In this document: piece after piece, positions 15,123 through 23,061 of the stretch
How positions within the stretch are numbered: position 1 is the first letter of the stretch
How the letters are laid out: every line of letters begins with the position of its first letter
Assembly: GCA_046757665.1 (NCBI GenBank)
Contig: JBHHYO010000044.1
Span: 1-23,061 of the forward strand
Length of the DNA stretch: 23,061 bases
From: Nitrospinales bacterium
Lineage (GTDB): Bacteria; Nitrospinota; Nitrospinia; Nitrospinales; JAJDAT01
Direction of reading: 5' to 3'
Notes under the pieces: generated by a model
The model's database searches: none
What the model saw: the letters and a program-made list of their open reading frames with translations, nothing else
What the model was told of the DNA's origin: nothing
Made by a program: the position numbers and the translations under genes

Positions 15123-15167
15123 GCTTCCAGCGCGGAGGCCCGACCACACCAAATCATTCCTACCCGC

Positions 15168-15196
15168 TTGACATTATATTCCTGAAAGAATAAACT
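15168..15196 (+). promoter_or_regulatory. Sigma-70 promoter for the lipoprotein gene
   Basis: TTGACA-17 nt-TAAACT, followed by RBS GGGAGG before ATG 15236. Confidence 0.65.
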
Positions 15197-15235
15197 GAAT
15201 TCCATCCATCGCAAAAAATAGGGAGGTTTGCCGCC

Positions 15236-15961
15236 ATGAGAAAACCGCTCCTTGTTCTATTGGGCCTCGCGGTCGCGGCGGCGGGGTGCCAGGGCTCCAT
15301 CGCCCCGCACATCAAGTCCCGTGTACGCCTGGGGAAAAAAACAAACTCCGCCGTCGCCCTGGTGGTCAATGAAGACCTGAAGAAACGGAAGCTGAACGGC
15401 ATCAACATCGGCGAGGGCTGGATCAACCTTCTGGACGCCAGGCTGGCGCAACATTTCAATCATTCGAGAATTATTAACGAATCCGACCTCGAGGAATCCG
15501 CGTATTACGACTTGTGGGTGTTTCCGCGCTTTTACGAACACGGCGAGGAGTTTCAACTTCAGCTTGTCGGCAAAACCTCGCCTTACGGCCGGCCGGTGAT
15601 TTCGACCGATGTCATGGGCTGCGCCCTGCATAAAAAACTGGATATCGGAGAAACCGCGTTCGCGACTCTTGGGACATACGGTTTGTATATTCCGTTTATT
15701 CCCTTCGCCATGGCCGCCGCCAACAAGGAAACCGTGGCCAACATAGAGGCGGCTCTGGCCGAATCCACCGACAAACTGGTCGGCCGGTTTCAGGCCGAAA
15801 TGCAACGAAAGGGTTTTATGCTGGAGAATTTTGGCGAACGGAGAGCCGGAGGCTCGACGCGCATCGAATTAAGAACCGATGAGCTGGCGGACACCGTTTC
15901 CGGTTTCCGCGCGGGCCAGGAGCGGTATAACAGAAAAAGGAAATGGTCCTTTGCAAAATAA
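15236..15961 (+). CDS. Hypothetical lipoprotein
   Basis: Signal peptide II MRKPLLVLLGLAVAAAG-C with a lipobox, an internal hydrophobic segment (AFATLGTYGLYIPFIPFAMAAA), a good promoter and RBS. 241 aa. Confidence 0.7.
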   Translation: MRKPLLVLLGLAVAAAGCQGSIAPHIKSRVRLGKKTNSAVALVVNEDLKKRKLNGINIGEGWINLLDARLAQHFNHSRIINESDLEESAYYDLWVFPRFYEHGEEFQLQLVGKTSPYGRPVISTDVMGCALHKKLDIGETAFATLGTYGLYIPFIPFAMAAANKETVANIEAALAESTDKLVGRFQAEMQRKGFMLENFGERRAGGSTRIELRTDELADTVSGFRAGQERYNRKRKWSFAK

Positions 15962-16087
15962 TGCGAAGACCACCTCAACCATAGACAGTAATTTTTGCAT
16001 ACCAAAACCATATTTGTATTTCCGATATATAATACAGAAATTCAATTTTCAAGGTTTTTGGGTCTGAAAGACTAGAAAGGGGGGGAT

Positions 16088-18670
16088 ATGGGTTCATCCG
16101 TTCGGCCAGACCTTCTGCGCTACTGGGGCAAGGCCTCAAGGGACACAAACAACTTATTATACCACCCCCTCATTTATCATTCCCTGGACGTCGCGGCGGT
16201 GGCTGATTGTTGGTTAAAAACGGATATTTCTCTTCAGCGAGCTTTTGCAAAAATATGCAAGCGAGATGAAGAAATCATTCGTGCCTGGTTGTTGTTTTTT
16301 ATTAGCCTGCATGATTTCGGCAAGTTTGATGTACGTTTTCAGCTTAAACGGAGAGACATTGCCCTGAAATTGAATCCTTTATTTTCCAATGCTGATCCCG
16401 ACGAGGCAAAGCAATATGACCATGGAGGATATGGTTTTAAATGGTTCCTTAAAGAATATGAGAATTTTGGCTTGAGAAATTTCGATATAAATCATCCTTG
16501 GATCAAGGCGGTTACGGAACATCATGGAACCCGCTTAATATCCGGCCCACCCCCTTCACCTAGGGCTTCGGATGAAGTCAAAAACCATGACAGGGAAGCC
16601 CGCCTAGACTGGATCAAAGTTCTCCGTAAAATGTTTCTGGAACCGGCTGGAATCAAACCGGGAGATTCGCCGCCTGTTTGTCCGGAAATGCTTGCCGGGT
16701 TTTGCTGTGTCTGCGATTGGCTAGGATCAAATATTGAATATTTCGATTATAGAAAAGCGAGCAACAATCTACAACTCAAGCGGTACTTTGAAGAACGCTC
16801 CAGCGATGCCGAACGGGCGTTGCGTGATGGTGGAATTTTCTGCAGGCCTCTTGTTAGTGGCGGCTTCACTCAACTTTATCCTGACAAAACTCCCTATGGA
16901 GTTCAAACTCTTGTTGAATCGCTACCTTTGAATTCGGGGTTGACGATAATTGAATCTCCCACGGGGTCCGGTAAAACGGAAGCCGCCGTTGGTTATGCCT
17001 CTCGCTTGCTTGCGCAAGGATTGGCTGGCGGTATTATTTTCGCCCTCCCCACCCAGGCCACGGCTAATGCGATGCTGGAACGGTTGGATCAAATAGCCGA
17101 ACGACTTTTCCCCGATGGCAGCAATATTGTCCTCGCGCACGGCAAGGCCAGATATCACCCCCTCTTTGAAAAACTTAAAAAAGCCGCTCCTGGAAAAACA
17201 GCGCAAGGGACGAGTGAAGCGAATTCCCAATGCGCCGCCTGGCTTGGCCAAAGCCGGAAACGACTGTTTTTGGGACAAATTGGAATATGCACCATCGACC
17301 AGGTTCTTTTGTCCGTTCTTCCTGTCCGCCATCACTTTGTCAGGGCGTTTGGCGTCCAAAAGAATATTCTCATTGTGGATGAAGTCCACGCCTATGACAG
17401 TTATATGAACGGTTTGCTTGACCAAGTTCTCGATTGCCAAAAGCAATCCGGTGGAACCGCTATTTTGTTGTCGGCAACCCTTCCAATCGAGCGCCGCGAA
17501 CAACTTTTACGTATTTGGGGGCAAAACGACGACCAAGAGGCCGGTGCGGATTATCCTCTTGTAAGCTTTGCGGGCGAGGAGAAATCGGGTTATTTGAGCC
17601 CCGCCGAATTGCCGTTGCCACGCCGAGTTGAAATTGAAGTGGAGTTATCTCCTTTTATGGGGCCTTCGGACAGTCTCTTGGAAAAAGCCTGCCATGCGGC
17701 CAAGGATGGGGCGCGAATTGCGTTTATCTGCAACCTGGTCGCCGAAGCGCAAAACCTAGCCAGAAAATTGCTCACTATTGCGGAACAGTCCAAAATCATC
17801 TCCGAATCCTCGATTGATTTATTTCACTCGCGATTCCGTTTCCGTGACCGCCAGGAAATCGAAAATGAACGGTTGAAACCTTTTTCCAAGGGCGCTTCGG
17901 AAAAAGGAGGCAAAATTCTCGTCGCCACTCAAGTTATCGAGCAAAGCCTGGACCTGGATTTCGATTGGATGATTACCCAGTTGTGCCCCGTGGACCTTTT
18001 GTTCCAGCGGCTGGGCCGGTTGCAACGTCATGAACGAACTCGACCCGTTGGCTTTGAAACTCCTCGTTGCGTCGTTTTGCTTCCGGAAAATGACCAGGAA
18101 TATGGTTCGCACAAGTGCATTTATGAGGATATTCGCGCTTTGTGGCGGACACGCGAGTTACTGCTGGAAAATGATGCGATCAATTTCCCGAAAGCCTATC
18201 GAGGCTGGATTGAGAAGGTTTACAAAGATGACCCTTGGCCGGACGAGCCGGAAACGATGCGGAAGGCTCATGAGAATTTTCTGCAGGAGCAAGATGGAAA
18301 ACGCTTTTGCGCCAAACAACTTTCCGTTTCCAATGCCAGCCCTTTCGAGGATACGGACTGCAATGCGTCCTGGCTGACCCGCGACGGCGAAATGAGTTTA
18401 AACGTATTGCCCATAAGAATTATTAATGGAGGACATTGTACGCTGGAGGGAATTGCCTTGGCCGATGTAGACAAATATCAACGGGCAGAAACGATCAATT
18501 TGAACACCATCCCCGTCCCCAATTCATGGAGAAAATATTTACCGCCCCCGAAAGATTATCTGTACTACCTCGAAATGGAGCAGGCGGAATCGGACTCGTG
18601 GCAAGGCACGGTTGGAGCAACCTCTTTTACTTACGATTTATTATTTGGCCTGGAGCGAAGAGAACAATGA
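16088..18670 (+). CDS. cas3: CRISPR-associated helicase/nuclease Cas3 (type I-E)
   Basis: HD nuclease (YWGK, HSLDVAAV, LHDFGK, HHG, DWLGS) plus SF2 helicase (PTGSGKTE, ALPTQATANAM, DEVH, LSATLP, FHSRF, VATQVIEQSLDLDFD, QRLGRLQRH). 860 aa. Confidence 0.96.
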   Translation: MGSSVRPDLLRYWGKASRDTNNLLYHPLIYHSLDVAAVADCWLKTDISLQRAFAKICKRDEEIIRAWLLFFISLHDFGKFDVRFQLKRRDIALKLNPLFSNADPDEAKQYDHGGYGFKWFLKEYENFGLRNFDINHPWIKAVTEHHGTRLISGPPPSPRASDEVKNHDREARLDWIKVLRKMFLEPAGIKPGDSPPVCPEMLAGFCCVCDWLGSNIEYFDYRKASNNLQLKRYFEERSSDAERALRDGGIFCRPLVSGGFTQLYPDKTPYGVQTLVESLPLNSGLTIIESPTGSGKTEAAVGYASRLLAQGLAGGIIFALPTQATANAMLERLDQIAERLFPDGSNIVLAHGKARYHPLFEKLKKAAPGKTAQGTSEANSQCAAWLGQSRKRLFLGQIGICTIDQVLLSVLPVRHHFVRAFGVQKNILIVDEVHAYDSYMNGLLDQVLDCQKQSGGTAILLSATLPIERREQLLRIWGQNDDQEAGADYPLVSFAGEEKSGYLSPAELPLPRRVEIEVELSPFMGPSDSLLEKACHAAKDGARIAFICNLVAEAQNLARKLLTIAEQSKIISESSIDLFHSRFRFRDRQEIENERLKPFSKGASEKGGKILVATQVIEQSLDLDFDWMITQLCPVDLLFQRLGRLQRHERTRPVGFETPRCVVLLPENDQEYGSHKCIYEDIRALWRTRELLLENDAINFPKAYRGWIEKVYKDDPWPDEPETMRKAHENFLQEQDGKRFCAKQLSVSNASPFEDTDCNASWLTRDGEMSLNVLPIRIINGGHCTLEGIALADVDKYQRAETINLNTIPVPNSWRKYLPPPKDYLYYLEMEQAESDSWQGTVGATSFTYDLLFGLERREQ

Positions 18671-20160
18671 ATCTTTTAAAAGACCCCTGGATACCCGTGA
18701 AGATTAATAACCAGTTCCGCCATATCACATTTAATGAGGTTCTCTGCAAGGAGGAAGACCGGCAAATCTCGGTCTTTAGGGATGACATGGAACTGGCGGC
18801 CCTGCAATTGTTGATTTGCCTGACCCAGGTCATATTCCCGCCCGAAAACGCCGAAGCCCTGCGCGCCCGGGAACAGGAACCCATGGACGAAACGGAGTTT
18901 AACGAGGGGATCAAACCCTACCTGGAATGGTTTGATCTGACCCACCCAAAATATCCATTCATGCAAATAATTAATACCCAGGCAAAAAAAATCACTCCCA
19001 TTCAAAAACTTTTTGTTGGGTTGCCGGAAGGAAACAATCATTCTTTTTTTAATACCCCGGCGGAAATCACCCAAGCCTGTGGAGCCTGCGTGTCTGTCGC
19101 TCTATTCAATCAGGCCAGCAATAGCCCTGGCTTTGGAGGAGGGTTTAAGGACAGTTTACGTGGAAGCCGCGTTGCCATAACCACCTTGATCAGTGGAAAA
19201 ACATTACGAAAAACCATTTGGCTTAACGTCTTACACCAGGACAAGATAGGAAAAATAATGCCCATGAAGGCGGAAACCGATCCGGTCTGGATCAAACCTG
19301 TTAAAGAGAAGGAAAAAGTTTTTGCCCACCAAACGGGATTATGTCGCGGCTTGTTTTGGCAACCTTCTCGCGTTTATTTGGAGTGGAGTAACAAAGAAAT
19401 GACCTGCCATGCCTGTGGTTGCAACGCGAAAGATTTTGTCATTCGTTTCAAAAAGGAAGGATTCACATATGATTTTAACGGGCAGTGGCCTCACCCGCAC
19501 AGCCCGCGCCAGTGGAAATTGGATAAGGGCGAAAAAAAAGAAAGCTTTGCATCTTTTACCACGACTGCTCCAGCTTGGACCCAATTGAATTCCCTGCTCA
19601 TCGGGAAAGAAGAAGAAAAGCAAGGAGTCATTCCTGCCGCTGTTGTCAGTCAATATAGAAATGTGTTTGCCTGTCAGAAACTAGAACTTTCCGTGGGAGG
19701 ATATCGCAACAATAAGGCCTCAGTTTTAGAGCGCCGCCATGAAATTTTTAGTCTTCCCGCCGGGTGGGAGGATAACCTCGAAAAGATAGAAGAAATAATT
19801 GGTTTGGCTCTGGAGGTTAAGGAAATACTGCACAACAAAAAGCTTTACAGGTTTGGGGAGGCCGTGGGGGGCAAAAAATCAAAGTTTCCTCAAAGTTTTT
19901 CAAAAACCTCGGAAGAACTTTTTTACCAACATAGCGAATCGCTGATCCATGAGATATTGCGAGAAATGGACTGGAAAGAAATAATGTCTATCCGGCGGGA
20001 TTTAGCAAAAAAACTGGTCGCTCTCGCAAAAAGAATTTTTGACGACTTGACCAGGCCGTTCTGCCATGATCCAAAGTTTCTCAAGTCCGTGGTCATGGCC
20101 CGCCATGAGCTGTTCGAGGACTTAAATAAAAAACTACCGGAAAGGAGGAAACATGAATAA
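18667..20160 (+). CDS. casA: Type I-E Cascade large subunit Cas8e (CasA/Cse1)
   Basis: Starts MNLLKDPWIPV at ATG 18667 (ATGA overlap with the cas3 stop). Motifs FDLTHPKYPFMQ, CGAC...CHAC Zn ligands, PGFGGGFK, LRKTIWLNVL and WPHPHSP. 497 aa. Confidence 0.93.
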   Translation: MNLLKDPWIPVKINNQFRHITFNEVLCKEEDRQISVFRDDMELAALQLLICLTQVIFPPENAEALRAREQEPMDETEFNEGIKPYLEWFDLTHPKYPFMQIINTQAKKITPIQKLFVGLPEGNNHSFFNTPAEITQACGACVSVALFNQASNSPGFGGGFKDSLRGSRVAITTLISGKTLRKTIWLNVLHQDKIGKIMPMKAETDPVWIKPVKEKEKVFAHQTGLCRGLFWQPSRVYLEWSNKEMTCHACGCNAKDFVIRFKKEGFTYDFNGQWPHPHSPRQWKLDKGEKKESFASFTTTAPAWTQLNSLLIGKEEEKQGVIPAAVVSQYRNVFACQKLELSVGGYRNNKASVLERRHEIFSLPAGWEDNLEKIEEIIGLALEVKEILHNKKLYRFGEAVGGKKSKFPQSFSKTSEELFYQHSESLIHEILREMDWKEIMSIRRDLAKKLVALAKRIFDDLTRPFCHDPKFLKSVVMARHELFEDLNKKLPERRKHE

Positions 20161-20665
20161 CCGCGAAAAAAACAAAAAAGAAACCCCGGATTTTATTGCG
20201 ATAAAAAAAACCTACGAAAGCCTGGACAACGGTCCCAAGGCCGATATCCGAAGGGTGGGAAAACCGGAGGATTTGAGGCTGGCCCCGGGCTTTTACCGGT
20301 TAAGGATTAAATGCTCCGGGAAGATAGAAAATATTTACGACAGTCAGTGGAAACGAATCGCATTTATCCTTCCCCACGCCGGACACTCGGATGGAGGACC
20401 CAGTTTAGGGCAGGCTTTGCATTTGCATGAAAGAGTTGCGGAAGCTCGTGTTTTTCAAGTCACTCGTTCCCGGTATCCCAACGACCTGATCCAGTTGCGC
20501 CGTCTTTGCGTGTATGTCAAGCCAACCGTCGATTGGCAAAAACTGGGCGAAACTTTGTATTATTGGGGAGACGAGCAAAAAAGAAAACTTATGGAAGATT
20601 TTTATTTGGGTGAAAAGAAACAACAAGCGCTTAAAAATCAAGAGGAGAATAATAGCCATGGATGA
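20153..20665 (+). CDS. casB: Type I-E Cascade small subunit Cas11 (CasB/Cse2)
   Basis: Located between cas8e and cas7. Motifs GPKADIRRV...PGFYRL, SLGQAL, EARVFQ, QLRRL and VDWQKL...WG....RKLMEDFY. 170 aa. Confidence 0.9.
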   Translation: MNNREKNKKETPDFIAIKKTYESLDNGPKADIRRVGKPEDLRLAPGFYRLRIKCSGKIENIYDSQWKRIAFILPHAGHSDGGPSLGQALHLHERVAEARVFQVTRSRYPNDLIQLRRLCVYVKPTVDWQKLGETLYYWGDEQKRKLMEDFYLGEKKQQALKNQEENNSHG

Positions 20666-21857
20666 AAAAAATTTTCTAAACATTCACGTTCTTATTTCGC
20701 ATAGCCCGTCTTGCTTGAACCGGGACGATGCGAATATGCAAAAGTCCGCTGTCTTTGGTGGAACGCGAAGAGTAAGAATTTCCAGTCAATGCCTGAAATA
20801 TTGGATGCGAAAAAGCCACTACTTCAAGGACAGTTTCCCTGGTGTTTCAACTCGCACCCGTGCCATGGCCGAGGAGATTGAAAAAGAGTTAAAAGGAAAA
20901 ACCCAGATGCCGGAAAAAGATTTACGAGCCTTGGTGGTCGAAGCCATGGAAGTTTTTGTCGCAAAACCAAGCAAAGAAAAGTTGAAAAAAGGCAGAGTTT
21001 TTACCCAGGTTGTGCCGTGGACCGACAATGAAAAGCAACAAGTTATTAACGTGCTGGAAGAAATCTGGAAAAAATCTAAAGAGAAAAAAGCCGATGAAAC
21101 TGAAAAAGAAAAAACTAAGAATAAATCTAAAAAGAAAGACCGGAAAGAAGACTTGAAAAAGGCTTTTAGTTCCAACAAAAATAACATCGCCAACCTTTTC
21201 GCCCAAGGTTCGGACATCTCTCTTTTTGGCAGAATGACTACCTCATCTCTGATGCCAAAAGTCGATGGGGCGGTTTCTGTGGCTCATTCCATTACGACTC
21301 ATTCGGTGGACGGAGATATTGACTATTTCGTTGCCGTGGATGATTTGGTCGAAGAAGACGTGAGCGAAGACCCGGATCAAGGCGCGGGGCACATAAACAC
21401 CCAGGAGTTTGGTTCCGGAGTTTTCTATCGATACGCCAGCCTGAATATCCAACAACTACAAAAAAATATAGGAAGCGACACCACCCGTGAACAAGCGCTG
21501 GATATTTCATCTCACTTGGTGCATATGCTGGCCACCATAGTCCCGGACGCCAAGCAACGCAGTTTTGCCGCCTATAACCCCGCCGACTTGGTGTTGGCTT
21601 CCTTCTCCGACCTGCCGGTTTCCGCCGCCAATGCTTTTGAGAGACCCGTGGAACATAATCCCAAGGGCGGGTCCGGGTTCATACAACCTTCCATCGACGC
21701 CCTGGAGGACTACTGGAACAAGGTTCATAAGGGATACGGGTTGAACGACAGGCAGGCGGCGTTCAGTTTGTGGGATACCAAGCTCAAGCCTCGAAAGAAC
21801 TCGCTTAGCGAACTTGAGGACTGGATTCGCAAAGGGGGTGAAAACGGCAATGGCTGA
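20658..21857 (+). CDS. cas7e: Type I-E Cascade backbone Cas7 (CasC/Cse4)
   Basis: HVLISHSPSCLNRDD, FGGTRRVRISSQ, DISLFGRM, VAHSITTH, DYFVAVDDL, GVFYRYA and SAANAFE. Start at ATG 20658 (RBS GAGGAG). 399 aa. Confidence 0.95.
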   Translation: MDEKNFLNIHVLISHSPSCLNRDDANMQKSAVFGGTRRVRISSQCLKYWMRKSHYFKDSFPGVSTRTRAMAEEIEKELKGKTQMPEKDLRALVVEAMEVFVAKPSKEKLKKGRVFTQVVPWTDNEKQQVINVLEEIWKKSKEKKADETEKEKTKNKSKKKDRKEDLKKAFSSNKNNIANLFAQGSDISLFGRMTTSSLMPKVDGAVSVAHSITTHSVDGDIDYFVAVDDLVEEDVSEDPDQGAGHINTQEFGSGVFYRYASLNIQQLQKNIGSDTTREQALDISSHLVHMLATIVPDAKQRSFAAYNPADLVLASFSDLPVSAANAFERPVEHNPKGGSGFIQPSIDALEDYWNKVHKGYGLNDRQAAFSLWDTKLKPRKNSLSELEDWIRKGGENGNG

Positions 21858-22488
21858 ATTTTTGATCCTCAAACTGCAAGGGGTCATGCAGGCTTGGGGG
21901 AAACATACTTTTGAAGACTACCGTCCGTCGGAGTTGTTTCCCACTCGCAGTGGATTGGTGGGATTGCTGGCCGCCTGCCTGGGTTTGAACTGGGAAGAAT
22001 ACCAGGAACAACAAAAACTTTCCGAGAGTTTCCGTTATGCCGTGCGCGTGGATAAAAGGAAAGGCCCTGTTGAAAAAATAACGGACTATCACACCATATT
22101 AAACGCCCGGAAAGTGGATGGATCAATTAACACAAATGCTGTCGTTTCGCGCCGGGAGTATTTGTGCGATGCCGAATTCACCGTGGCCCTGGAGTTTTTC
22201 AAGGGTGCGAACTACGGCCTTGACAAGATTAAAGAAGCCGTGCAGAGGCCTTATTACACCCCTTTTCTCGGTCGAAGGTCGTGTCCCCTGACCCGTCCAT
22301 TATATGAAGATACTGCCCGTGCCGAAAATCTTCATGCGGCTCTGGACCTCATTTCACCAAGGAAGGGGACGATATACAGCGAACTAGAAGATGGTAGCCC
22401 GAATCGTTTGACGGTTCGGGATGTCCCCGCTTTTAACGGACGCCGTCAGTTCGCAACCAGAACCATTTATATTCATGCTGGGAGGTAA
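21850..22488 (+). CDS. cas5e: Type I-E Cascade Cas5 (CasD)
   Basis: LILKLQGVMQAWG, FPTRSGLVGLLAACLG, DYHT, REYLCDA and PFLGRRSCP. Start at ATG 21850. 212 aa. Confidence 0.95.
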   Translation: MAEFLILKLQGVMQAWGKHTFEDYRPSELFPTRSGLVGLLAACLGLNWEEYQEQQKLSESFRYAVRVDKRKGPVEKITDYHTILNARKVDGSINTNAVVSRREYLCDAEFTVALEFFKGANYGLDKIKEAVQRPYYTPFLGRRSCPLTRPLYEDTARAENLHAALDLISPRKGTIYSELEDGSPNRLTVRDVPAFNGRRQFATRTIYIHAGR

Positions 22489-22490
22489 AC

Positions 22491-23061
22491 ATGTATCTAA
22501 GTAAATTAGTTTTGGACCGGAGAAAAGCAAGCAATCCCTATCAAATTCATCGTCTGCTTTGGCGTGCCTTTCCCGGGATGCCGGACGAAAATCGGCCCTT
22601 CTTGTTCCGAGTGAACTGGGGGCAAGCCGGGAGCCCCTTGCAAATATTGATGCAGTCCCGTATTCAACCGGCGCAACCTGATGAGAGTAGTTGCCGCTTG
22701 TTAGCTCAAAAGCCCGTTGAACTTAACTTGCGTAAAGGTCAGGTATTACGATTCGCCCTATGCGCAAACCCCATCAAGTTTTTGAAAGAGGAACGTTGCC
22801 GGGTTCCATTGATTGACGACCAGCAAATCCTTGATTGGTTGAAAAGAAAATTGGATTCCGCTGTGGAAACCCTTGACGCTCAACTCGAGGGAAGAAAAAA
22901 CCTTTTTTTCAGAAGAAACGGTCAGGCCGGGAAAATCGTCACCGTAAACCTTTCGGGCGTATTGCGCGTTCGGGACAACGAGGGGTTGCTTCGACTTATT
23001 GAGCGTGGCATCGGCCCCGCCAAGAGTTTCGGGTGTGGGTTGATGTTGCTCAGGAGGGTTT
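22491..23061 (+). CDS. cas6e: Type I-E crRNA-processing endoribonuclease Cas6e (CasE/Cse3); the stop codon lies beyond the window
   Basis: My translation from ATG 22491 (RBS GGAGGT) gives MYLSKLVL...PYQIHRLLWRAFP...FLFRV...LRFALCANP...RVPL...WLKRK...GIGPAKSFGCGLMLLRRV, including the Cas6 Gly-rich loop. The frame is open to the window end. Confidence 0.93.
   Translation, partial: MYLSKLVLDRRKASNPYQIHRLLWRAFPGMPDENRPFLFRVNWGQAGSPLQILMQSRIQPAQPDESSCRLLAQKPVELNLRKGQVLRFALCANPIKFLKEERCRVPLIDDQQILDWLKRKLDSAVETLDAQLEGRKNLFFRRNGQAGKIVTVNLSGVLRVRDNEGLLRLIERGIGPAKSFGCGLMLLRRV

Noticed and set aside
14635-15147. Minus-strand ORFs spanning the tRNA
   Set aside because: These are antisense translations of the tRNA and its terminator.
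18667-22488. HNH-fused or Cas3-less type I-E variant
   Set aside because: Cas8e (497 aa) and Cas5 (212 aa) have ordinary lengths with no C-terminal extension, and Cas3 has intact HD and helicase motifs.
15962-23061. CRISPR array, or degenerate repeat / mini-array near the cas genes
   Set aside because: I found no I-E-type repeat (GTGTTCCCC...GGGGAT.AACCG-like) or regularly spaced repeats in any intergenic region. The cas genes overlap or abut, leaving no room.

Overview
Bacterial chromosomal window in three parts. (1) 1-5615 is a nitrogen-oxide/redox neighbourhood. A mobB-mobA fusion (-) diverges from a copper nitrite reductase, nirK (+). These are followed by an uncharacterised outer-membrane beta-barrel with a long structured leader, and a PAS/sigma-54 activator (-) whose PAS domain carries a C-X8-C-X3-C(-X2-C) motif. 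Divergent from the activator are a nested GTTGCA/TGCAAC palindrome array, a sigma-54-like promoter and an unannotated 21-codon ORF with a strong RBS. (2) 5643-15122 is mostly housekeeping: polA (-), an unusual membrane class III cyclase/TPR/HD-GYP fusion, kdsD, alaS, an orphan nitrile-hydratase-leader-like small protein and tRNA-Arg(CCG) with a terminator. (3) 15236-23061 holds a lipoprotein gene and a visibly AT-richer type I-E cas operon (cas3-cas8e-cas11-cas7-cas5-cas6e) that runs off the window end; no CRISPR array or cas1/cas2 is visible here. The gene content is compatible with a Gram-negative nitrogen-cycling organism such as a Nitrospina-like nitrite oxidiser (inference only). The best candidates for undescribed biology are the Fe-S-type sigma-54 activator/small protein/nirK module and the cyclase-TPR-HD-GYP protein. 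All calls are by-eye motif recognition; no database searches were run.
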